A stretch of DNA of 60,408 nt, counting the filler, from Pirum gemmata (lineage: Eukaryota), in assembly GCA_002812295.1 (NCBI GenBank). It is 8 parts of 8 records of this genome, joined end to end, with 100 filler letters (N's around TTAATTAATTAA, not from the genome) between each part and the next. Parts side by side here need not be neighbours in the genome. Positions count along the whole stretch, not along the records: positions 30,296 to 37,668 come from PDIN01000146.1; positions 37,769 to 45,028 come from PDIN01000147.1; positions 45,129 to 52,518 come from PDIN01000148.1; 5 more parts are not named here. One strand, 5' to 3'. Positions within the stretch are counted from its first letter, which is position 1, and the number at the start of each line of letters is the position of its first letter. The notes beneath the pieces were generated by a model. It saw only the letters and a list, made by a program, of their open reading frames with translations. It did no database searches and was not told the DNA's origin. The translations under genes were made by a program, and so were the position numbers. Positions 37,536-47,622 of the stretch are shown piece after piece.

Positions 37536-39854
37536 ATTAATAATAATAACAATATAACAATAAAAATAATAATAACAATAACAATAACAATAACAATAAC
37601 AATAACAATAACAATAACAATAACAATCACAATCACAATAGCAATCACAATCACAATAGCAATAGCAANNNNNNNNNNNNNNNNNNNNNNNNNNNNNNNN
37701 NNNNNNNNNNNNTTAATTAATTAANNNNNNNNNNNNNNNNNNNNNNNNNNNNNNNNNNNNNNNNNNNNATTTTCCAGTTTATTTTCCTTTTTGTTTTTTT
37801 GTTTTTTGTTTTTTGTTTTTGTCACCTTGGTAGCCATAGCTACAGCAGCAATCTAAGCCTTTTAAATGGTCAGTCGACCGATTCAGATTTATCGAAATAA
37901 CAACTTTTTCGCATTTTTGCGGCTGGGTCAATGAGTGAACTAAGCCTAGCTAGACTATCAATGATCAATTTCGCTAAAAACTTCGATCGAGCAAGTTTCG
38001 ATTTTTAATATTTTCGAGCTCAAAACCCCTAAGCCTAACCCTGGGAGATGCGGGAAAATTATCGAATCGAGATAAGTTCGAAATTTTAAATTTTTCGATC
38101 TAATTTTTAAGTATTGATTGACTATGATATGACATAGAAAAAAAATTTTTTTTCTTAGAAGTTTCATAGGAAGGCTTGAAACTCGAAAAAAAAAAGAAAT
38201 ATCATTTCAAAATTGTCACTATTTAATAACTACGATCGAGCTGTTTGATTCGGTTATGTTTTCTCTATCTCCCTGCATACTACCTAGTTGTAGTTACCGA
38301 AGGTCGGTTGTGACGTCACTTTAAGCTTATGTGCCCTTCGATCTGAACAACTTCAACAGCTACTTGAACTATATAATAAATAGACTACCGAACTAATTCT
38401 CGAGGGGTGAGATAACACATGAACCTACTTTTGAAATATAATTTTCGAGTCGAGTAACCATCTATTTTTTACCTTTAATTATAATTACTCGAAATACTCG
38501 AATATAATTACTCGAACTACTAAAATGATGTAATCTCACCCCTACAACCATTCATTTTTTTTATTGCACCTTTTTAGCTAGCTAGCTAGCTAGCTACTGT
38601 AGCTACTAGTATCATACTAACTATGATAAAAAAAATCAAATAAAATCTATGATAAATATAGACCTACCAAATTATTTATTTATTATACACTTTCCTTTAA
38701 TTTGGTATTTTTTATTATCTATTTTATTTTATTAAATAAGATCAATTAGATATTTTAAAATACCAAAATAATTTAAGCAACCTTTTGAAACTTTTTTCTT
38801 TTGTTAGGCAAGCGTGCTCTTCTAGACTAGTAGCTAGCTAGCTAGCTAAAGTGTTTTAGCGCTAGCTAGTCTATCTAGAAATTCTAGTAGCTAGCTAGAG
38901 AGTCTGTTATGTATAGGGTTAGGCTTAGGCCCCAGTTTAACCTCTCTAACTCTACCGGGTAGACCTAGCTAGCTTAGGGTTAGGTGTACCATAGGTTAGG
39001 TGTTAGGAGACGGGTTAATAAGTAGATTAGAGTAGACTATTAGGGCCCTTTAGAGGATAGATAATATTGTCCAGTTCAAAAACTGAAATAAATGTATTGA
39101 TAGCAAATTTATTATTATGGTTCAACTATCGGACATGTTTTAATTAATTTTTGGTATTTTATACTTCATGTTGTATTTTATTAAAAAAGTTCAATTGTAC
39201 AGTTTAATAGTCTAAATAGTACCAAATTAAAGATTGAGAGGGCAACTATAATCATGAAACCTAGCTACTAGAGGGTAGACTCTGAGGGTAGACTACACAT
39301 AGTCTATAATGAAATAGACGATAGACCTATTATTAGGAAAATTTAATACTAAACTATGATAGTCTACTTTTCATTTATTTTGAAATATTTATTTGGTTGT
39401 TTATAATATTTAAATCGATACTTTTAAATAAATATATATATAATAAAATATACCAAATTAAATAAAATGGATTTATATTGTATTAATTTGGTACTCTTTA
39501 TCGGTACTTAGTCTCTAGCTAGTCTAGCTGGTTCTAGTGGTAATCACTCTGAATATTTATTTGGAGGGTTATAATCTTTAAACTGATATTTTTAAATAAA
39601 TATATAGATTATAAAATATACCAAATTAAATTAAATGGATTTATATTGTATTAATTTGGTACTATTTATTGTATATTTTGTGATGACAAAACAACTGAAA
39701 ATGGGGGGGTCTTGGGCCCTAGCTAGCTAGCTAGACTCAGTAGCTAGACTAGCTAGACTAGGGGGTCTACCCAGACTCTACCGGCCAAGGTCTACCGGCA
39801 GTCTAGTAGCTACTAGCTAGAGCTAGCTAGAGTCTAGCTAGCTAGACTACTTAG

Positions 39855-40515
39855 ACCCTACCCCTAATCCTAACCCTAACCCTAACCCTCTATTAAACCC
39901 TAACCCTAACCCTAACCCTAACCCTAACCCTAACCCTAACCCTAAGGCTAAAGACTAGCTATGATACTAGTCTACTTCCTAGAGTCTACTTCTCTACACT
40001 AGTCTCTAGGGTCTACTTCTACTATCATAGTAGGCTAGACTGACGGTCACTACCCATGAGGAAAGTAGACCTACCCTGTAGACCCCGTAGACTAGCTAGA
40101 GACCGTAGACCCGTGTGCGATAAGAGGCGATATCGATAAGATACAACTTATCTATACTGAGTACAGTAGATCACGAGATAGACTAATAATAAAAAAAAGG
40201 TTACGAAAGCGCTATATTCTGCTGCGAAAACACCCCCAAACCCTAGCTAGGGCTAACCCTAACCCTAACCCTAACCCTAACCCTAACCCTAACTCTTAAT
40301 TAAACCAATGTCCCTAATAACACTAACACTGATAACCCTAACCCTAACCCTAACCCTAACCCTAACCCTAACCCTAACCCTAACCCTAACCCTAACCCTA
40401 ACCCTAACCCTAACCCTAACCCTAATCCTAATCCTAATCTTACTATAACCCCTAATCCCAACCCTAACCCCTACTAGCTAGACCCTAACCCTAACCCCTA
40501 CCCTAACCCGCCCTA
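39855..40515 (-). repeat. Clustered interstitial (CCCTAA)n arrays; further arrays at 9569-9656, 17424-17480, 20305-20325, 31513-31695, 36715-37025, 49857-50140, 50340-50610, 51117-51167, 51990-52120
   Basis: Runs of up to ~15 perfect units plus degenerate variants occur inside contigs, including inside introns. Confidence 0.9.
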
Positions 40516-40633
40516 ATCCTTATTATTATCAATAGGTCTATAGACAACTAAAGAGATGATGTATACACACATCAACACAAACAACACATTTATAAACAAC
40601 ATCAAACCAGGAGACCTACCACCCATGATCAAA

Positions 40634-41005
40634 CTCCAACTCCAACTAAACTCCAACTCCAACTAAACTCCAACTCCAACAAATCTCCAACTCCAACAAA
40701 TCTCCAACTCCAACTAATCTCCAACTCCAACAAATCTCCAACTCCAACAAATCTCCAACTCCAACNCAACTAATCTCCAACTCCAACTAATCTCCAACTC
40801 CAACTAATCTCCAACTCCAACTAATCTCCAACTCCAACTAATCTCCAACTCCAACTAATCTCCAACTCCAACTAATCTCCAACTCCAACTAATCTCCAAC
40901 TCCAACTAATCTCCAACTCCAACTAATCTCCAACTCCAACTAATCTCCAACTCCAACTAATCTCCAACTCCAACTAATCTCCAACTCCAACTAATCTCCA
41001 ACTCC
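40634..41005 (+). repeat. 17-bp minisatellite (CTCCAACTCCAACTAAT)n, ~22 copies
   Basis: Directly visible tandem unit with few variants. Confidence 0.95.
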
Positions 41006-41308
41006 TGTACCAAACTACTATCGATACAACTCAAGTAGTCTACTGACAACCCCAACAAGAGTTCCAACTAAGTCTCAAAATATATTTATTAAATTTCATT
41101 TTCATTATTAGATTATTATTAGGTTGTTATTAGACTTGCAAGGGGAACTTGGGGAAGTCGGATATCGATATAATTTCAAATAATTGTTGTATGAATCATC
41201 AGACCAGCATTAGCTAGTATGTTATATGGTTGTTTCTTGGTGTAGCTGTAGCTGATCTTTTTACTTAATAATAATAATAATAATAAAATACTGTTGTTGT
41301 TGCTGCTG

Positions 41309-41361
<53 letters not shown>

Positions 41362-41915
41362 AATTTATTATTCAATATCATAAATTTCGCATGATATTGA
41401 TACTCCATCATGGATTAGTTAGATATAAGTTAGAATATGTTAATCTATAGAAAGATTAAATCAAGTATAAGTCTAATTTTTCGGTTTCTTTTTAAATTTT
41501 CGTTTTCTTTATAAATGTTCGTTTTCTTTTTAATTTATTTTAAGATGCATTATATTTCAAAAGTTTAAATGTATCGATAATAAATTACTGTCTTACTACT
41601 ACTAGCCACAGATTCTTCATTATTATATTTTAAAAGTTTAAATGTATCGATAATAAATTGCTGTCTTACTATAATACTACTAGCCACACATTCTTCACTA
41701 ATATTATTTTCAATATAATCATTACGACGTTGTGTATAATATTTTGTAAATGTTTTTTTCTATCATTAATCTTATTAATATTAATCCATCTTTGAACATT
41801 TTTATCATAATGAGAAGATTTAAAAAAAGTCGAATCCATAAGGTCGTTCTTGTGGTAATTGTTTTAGCAAATTTATTAATGAAAATCATAATGATTGGGA
41901 TAAATTTCTCGAACA

Positions 41916-42842
41916 TTTGAATATAATACCAATGTTAATGTTGTTACTGGATTTTCTCTGTATGAAATTGTGTGTAATCAACCTCCTGCTTTATTTAAAT
42001 CTTCTCATTATGATAAAAATGTTCAAAGATGGATTAATATTAATAAGATTAATGATAGAAAAAAACATTTACAAAATATTATACAACAACGTCGTAATGA
42101 TTATATTGAAAATAATATTACTAAATAAATAATGCTTTTTCACAAACTTCGTGAATTTAAGATTGATAATCAAGTTTATATTAAGAATGAAACGTATGAT
42201 CAAGGTGATAATACTTCTAAAAAGTTTCAAGGACGGTTTGATGGTCGTATGATTATTACTAAACGCTTAGGTGAATTTACTTATGAAATGAAAAATCCCC
42301 GGACAGATAAATTGCTAATTAGAAATATAGATAAAATTAAAGAATAACATGAAAATGTTTATGATAAGAATTCTTTTAATTATATGGATAATGTGCCTTT
42401 TCAAGGTGAAATGGTTTTGATGATATTGATAATAATACAGAAATCGAGATTACTGAAATTGTAAATGACAAGCAAGTTCATGTTGGAAAAAATGTTTAGG
42501 AAACTCATTATAAAGTTAAAACGATTAATAATGATTTAATTTGGTTAAATAGTACTGATATTTCTGCTTCTCAACTAATTGAAGACTATCACGGTAAAAG
42601 ACAAGCTCCTTCTTCTACTATTACTTATAGATCCAAACGTTCTCGTTGATTTTTCAATTTTTCGTTTATTTCGTTTTTTACTGGTCAAAACTGCCATAAT
42701 GCGTTTATATTTCTTCCTATTAATTCAAATTTCTTTTGGGTAATATTTTGCGGTTATATTTCTTCCTATTGGTTAAATTTCCTTTGTTATAAAAAATTCC
42801 CTTTGGATTGTTATAAACAATTTTCCTTTGGTTTATTATACG

Positions 42843-42879
<37 letters not shown>

Positions 42880-42934
42880 GTTAAATAAAACAATAATTAT
42901 TTTTATTTAACATTTAATCTTAGTATGGGAGATG
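41916..42934 (+). mobile_element. Degenerate Ty3/Gypsy (chromovirus-like) integrase 3' end, with a possible PPT and 3' LTR start
   Basis: EYNTNVNVVTGFSLYEIV is the integrase C-terminal motif. REFKIDNQVYIKN..KKFQGRFDGRMIITKRLGEFTYEM is a GPY/F module. EITEIVNDK..HYKVK..LIWLNSTDISASQLIEDY is chromodomain-like. Stops and frameshifts are present. Purine-rich AGTATGGGAGA precedes TGTAAT at 42933. Confidence 0.75.
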
Positions 42935-44899
42935 TAATATTATAATAATAAAACGAGTGTTTTAATATTGCATATTCTTCCTGATGATTTTCAAATACTA
43001 TATTATTAATTGATTTGTTAAAAAACACAAAAAAAAAATATTTTTAAAATTATTAGTTTGTTAAAAAACACAAACAAAATATTTTCAAAATTATTGATCT
43101 GTTAAAAACGTTATTTAAACTAGTGATTGATTTGTTTAAAAAATATAAATTACAAAAAAACAAAAAAACGAAAAAAACATAAAGAAAAACAAAATAATAT
43201 CAAGACATGATTAAAATATATATTGCATATAAAAATAAAAAAACAAATTATGCAAAAAAGAAAAAAAGAAGAAACGAACAAACAAAAGAAATAAACAAAT
43301 AAAAAAATAAACAAAAAAAAAAAATAGAAACAAATAAAAATATAATAATGTTACAATAAATAAATAAACAAAATTACAAACAAATAAATATATCGACAAA
43401 TATAAAAAATAAAATATCATTCCAAAAATTCAATAAAAATATTTACATAAGAGTATATATATTTAATTAATATACAATAAATCTTAATATTTTTACAACT
43501 ATTATCATTTAATCATTATTATGATCGTCTATTTCATTACAGTTGCCCTCTCAATCTTTAATTTGGTACTATTTACGTGTGTAATTGAACTTGTTTATAA
43601 AATACAACTTTAAGTATAAAATACCAAATTAATTAAAACATGTCTGATAGTTTAACCATAATAATAATTTGATTTATTTCAGTTTTTGAACTGGATAACA
43701 TTATTGAAAAACACGATACTATTGATACTATTATTATTATTATTCCCAAGCAGTTAGACTAACAGTAGTAGTTCCTATCAGTTTTTTATAAAAATGGTAC
43801 GAAATAAAACATACCAGAAACTTTTGATACACTAGTAGCGAAGTACAAGAAGTGGGCAAATTCGTATGTAGTCAAATTAGACAAGTTAAAAGGTAGTCTC
43901 AACCTACATTTTAGCTATATAACCTACAACTACTTAGCTATAACCTACAACTACTTAGCTATAACCTACAACTACTTAGCTATATATTCAGAGAGAAGAA
44001 TCCATGTAAGAGTGCCAACGAGTTTGTTGCCACTGTTGTCTATTGTTGGAATTGTCATTATTATTATAATTGGTGCTGTCTTAACCATTTTCATTGTTAT
44101 TACTATTTTCATTGTCATTACCATTGCCATTATTGTTATTTTTATTTCTATTAACTCATTTTCTTCTGTAAGCAAGAAATTATCAAATTCAAAACGATTG
44201 TATATATAAAACATGTCTGAATGAGTATATTTATCAGTGTAATTTTTTAAAAACCAACATTTACTGTTTACGCAAAGAAAGTTTTGGATTCAACCGAATA
44301 TGGTCAACAAATTATTCAAAATGATATTATAATTAGTTAATTAGAAAAACTTATGAAATTAACTAACAAGTATTATGAGATAGTTTATATACATAAAAAT
44401 TACTTAAATCGTTTAAATAACCAATTATTAAATTATTTTATACGGTTATTAAGTATTACAATACAATTGATCCATTAGTGCTTATTTCGTTACTATTAAA
44501 TCGGACCCATAATTTTTAGCAAGTTTTTCACTTTTCATATTCTGAGCGTCAATATAGTTATATACATAAATTCGACTGTATACCTATGAATATGTCCAAT
44601 TCTTGTACTTCGTTACTAGTACATCACCTCAAATGATTCTATCCACCACCACTACCACCACCCACCCTCTTAAAATTTTGACCTATCTTCAAACTTACGA
44701 TGCGTTTTATTAATTATAATATTGATAATAATAACAAAATATCACTACCTAACCCAAACCCAAACCCAAACCCAAACCCAAACCCAAATTTTAACCTTAA
44801 CCCTACCCTAACCCTGTCCTAACCCTAACCGCTAATCCTAACCGGTAACCCTAACCGCTAACCATTCGACTGTATACATATTATCTTTTAACATTTGTT

Positions 44900-44984
44900 T
44901 TAATTTTCGAACAAAGACAGCCACAAGTTCATTTCTTCTTTTGAATCACCGTGAAAGTCATACTCTTGTTCTCCAGACGTTATC
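44900..44984 (-). CDS. Terminal exon encoding the C-terminal strand and helix of a PH-like domain; gene cut by the contig end
   Basis: An AG acceptor precedes ITSGEQEYDFHGDSKEEMNLWLSLFEN*, matching the PH pattern Y.F.aDS.EEM..W. Confidence 0.6.
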
Positions 44985-45391
44985 CTATTTCAATGTTATT
45001 ATTTTTTTGGTTATTATTATTATTATTANNNNNNNNNNNNNNNNNNNNNNNNNNNNNNNNNNNNNNNNNNNNTTAATTAATTAANNNNNNNNNNNNNNNN
45101 NNNNNNNNNNNNNNNNNNNNNNNNNNNNAAAAAAAAAATTAAAAAAAAAAATAATAAAAAGCCTATCATAAAAAAAAAAAAAAGAAAAAAAAAAAAATTG
45201 GTTTGTTTGTTTTTGAAAAATATATTGTATAAATAAATAATTATAATAATAATAATAAAATAATAATAAAAAGGAAGACATGATATTATGACATAATATT
45301 ATATTAATAGTTTTTTAATGAATTAAATTAAAAGTTATTTTTTATTATAGACTTGAGGTTTTATTTTATTTTTTTAATTTTTTAAAAAACC

Positions 45392-46315
45392 ATGCTTTCA
45401 AGCTTTGAAAATTTGACTGTTGTTGATTCCATTCAGGATCATATTCCGAAGAAAAATAATACAGTAAACACCAATGTTGATAATAGAACTGGCAATGATG
45501 TCGATATTGATACTATTGAAAACTATGAAAATAGCAACTACACCAACAACAATAGCAGCAACAGCAACAGCAACAGTAGCAATGTAAAAAATGGACCCAA
45601 TATAAATAATGTAAATAAGAAGAAAATAAAAGATAGAAAAAGTAGGAAAATTAATTGCAGTAGTAGTGGTATCAATACTAACAAATCTAAAAATAACAAT
45701 AGCAATGATAACAGTAAATATAACAGTGATACAAAATTTAAAGATAAAGATATTAAAAACAATATTATTAACAAAAACCACACTAATAACAAAAAAAATA
45801 TCAATAGTTATGGGAAGGAAAAGGATAGCAACCTTAAAAGTAAAAATAATAAAGAAAAGACAATGATACCTGCTGAAAAGAAAACGGTCCGTTTTGATAG
45901 TATGGTGTTTGTACACGAAACTTACATAGGAACTGATTACCAGCGGGGTTATCAAGGTAAGAGGGAAAGAGTCAAGTCTTCAAAAGAAAAACACAAGATT
46001 GTTAAAAAAATACTTGAATTTAAAATATTGGAAATGTACGTACATCCAAATAGTGTGGAATATACAAATTTGCACGATTATGAATATCGAAAAATGCATT
46101 GGGCAAGAAAATTGGGGTTACTGAATTTGGTTTATAAACTTGAAAGTATGCAAAGAAATCTCGAAGAGATGAGTGAATCAGAAACTGAACAATATGATAA
46201 TTTTGCTGCCCATTTAGATTTATTAGCAGAATGTATTGATAGAGAAAAATTAGAAATACACAATGAGCGACTCCAAAGTTGTGTTGAAAATTTAATGCCA
46301 CAAGCTAATATATAA
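45392..46315 (+). CDS. Asn/Lys-rich protein with a Phactr/Bni4-type PP1-binding module
   Basis: RVxF-type KTVRF followed by VFVHETY...DYQR and IVKKILEFKILEMYVHPNSVEYTNLH. These resemble the Phactr/Bni4 motifs DYDR and ELNEFK..EM.VH..S...T.FH. Confidence 0.75.
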   Translation: MLSSFENLTVVDSIQDHIPKKNNTVNTNVDNRTGNDVDIDTIENYENSNYTNNNSSNSNSNSSNVKNGPNINNVNKKKIKDRKSRKINCSSSGINTNKSKNNNSNDNSKYNSDTKFKDKDIKNNIINKNHTNNKKNINSYGKEKDSNLKSKNNKEKTMIPAEKKTVRFDSMVFVHETYIGTDYQRGYQGKRERVKSSKEKHKIVKKILEFKILEMYVHPNSVEYTNLHDYEYRKMHWARKLGLLNLVYKLESMQRNLEEMSESETEQYDNFAAHLDLLAECIDREKLEIHNERLQSCVENLMPQANI

Positions 46316-46877
46316 TTTGTAAATAATATAATAATAATATTAATTAAAGAAGCAAAAATCAATATTGTGTGGTTGTAATAATAATTGTAATGTATTTATA
46401 TTTGATCAATAATATAGTGTCATATTAAAAACGTATTATTATTTGTAAATTTAATTATCTGGATATAATTATTATCATTATTAAAAAAATTAAGTAAGTT
46501 GGTAACTCTTAATTAACTATTTATTATTAATTAAAAGCTTGAAAAAGAACGTGTAAAAATTCACGTCCATTTTTTTCTATTTTTTTTTCTTTTTTTCCCA
46601 GTTTTTTTTCTTATTAGTTTTTTTTCAAGTTTTCTTTTTTTGGTATAATTCAGGTTTTCCTTTTTTGGTATTTTTTTTTTTCCTATTTTCCAGCTTAGCT
46701 ATTTAGGAGAGTACCTGCCAGAGTGTTCTGTCCCATTTTCACTCTAAAACTAACACACAATATATATACGAGTTAGGGGGTCTATATTAAACAACCACAT
46801 ATGTATAACCAAACACAAACTAACAAAATTTAGTTTAAACTAACAAAGTACTTACAATAGGTGTCATATATATAAAA

Positions 46878-47401
46878 ATGCGATTCTTTCTTCTCTATTT
46901 TTCAATACTGATTAACCTTTTCTTAATCAGTTTCTCAAAAAGTGTTGACTTTGTTAAACTAAGAAGTAAATGGATTTCTGATTTAGAGAGACATGATACA
47001 AACATACTTTGTGACATTTGCCCTTGGAATAGCGAAAACAAAAATGACGAGTGGGATAATAATGGTATATCATGATTTATATTTGTACTTGTTATTATTC
47101 TGGTTTTTTGTTTTTCTTGTATTTTTTTTTTGTTTATTATTTTTGTTTTGTTTGTTTGTCCATTTTTTGTTTGTAATAATGTATTGGCTTCAAACTAGGG
47201 CATTATATCCTTGCTCTGAAGATTCACAAAAAAACGCTAATGGATTTAGAAACTGCTTTGTACTCAATTTCAAACAAGAATTCTCTCATCTATGGAAAGC
47301 ATTACACAAAAAAGGATACACTCGATTTAGATTTTCATTGTAGCTTTTTAGAAATTGAAGAAATAATAGGTTATCATTTGTTTAACATTACCTTTTCCTG
47401 A
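46878..47401 (+). CDS. Small secreted protein (~129 aa, exons 46878-47064 and 47199-47401) resembling an S53/tripeptidyl-peptidase I prodomain fragment
   Basis: Signal peptide MRFFLLYFSILINLFLISFS. A phase-1 GT-AG intron joins it to YILALKIHKKTLMDLETALYSISNKNSLIYGKHYTKKD, matching ALK..L...LY.VS.P.S..YGKHLT of the pro-kumamolisin domain. Confidence 0.55.
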
Positions 47402-47573
47402 TACTTATCGTTATCGCTATCGCTATCCTTACTCTTTCCTTTACGCTTACGCTTACGTTTACGCTTACGCTTATCCCTATCCCTTCCCTATCCCTATCCC
47501 TATCCCTATCATTATCGTTATCGTTATCTTGTCGTTATCGTTATAGTTATCAATCAATATCAAGATCACTGTA

Positions 47574-47612
<39 letters not shown>

Positions 47613-47622
47613 TATATTAAAT

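Noticed and set aside
37545..37668. Biological duplication of the compound AACAAT/AATCAC/AATAGC tract at 35411-35535
   Set aside because: It is an identical copy at the very end of a contig and replaces the expected splice acceptor, so it is most likely an assembler mis-join.
40634..41005. CRISPR-like array
   Set aside because: The units are contiguous with no unique spacers, the context is eukaryotic, and there are no cas genes.
45398..45955. Antisense ORFs over real genes (also 26291, 27177, 55672, 56047, 60048)
   Set aside because: They are shadow frames of genuine opposite-strand CDSs.
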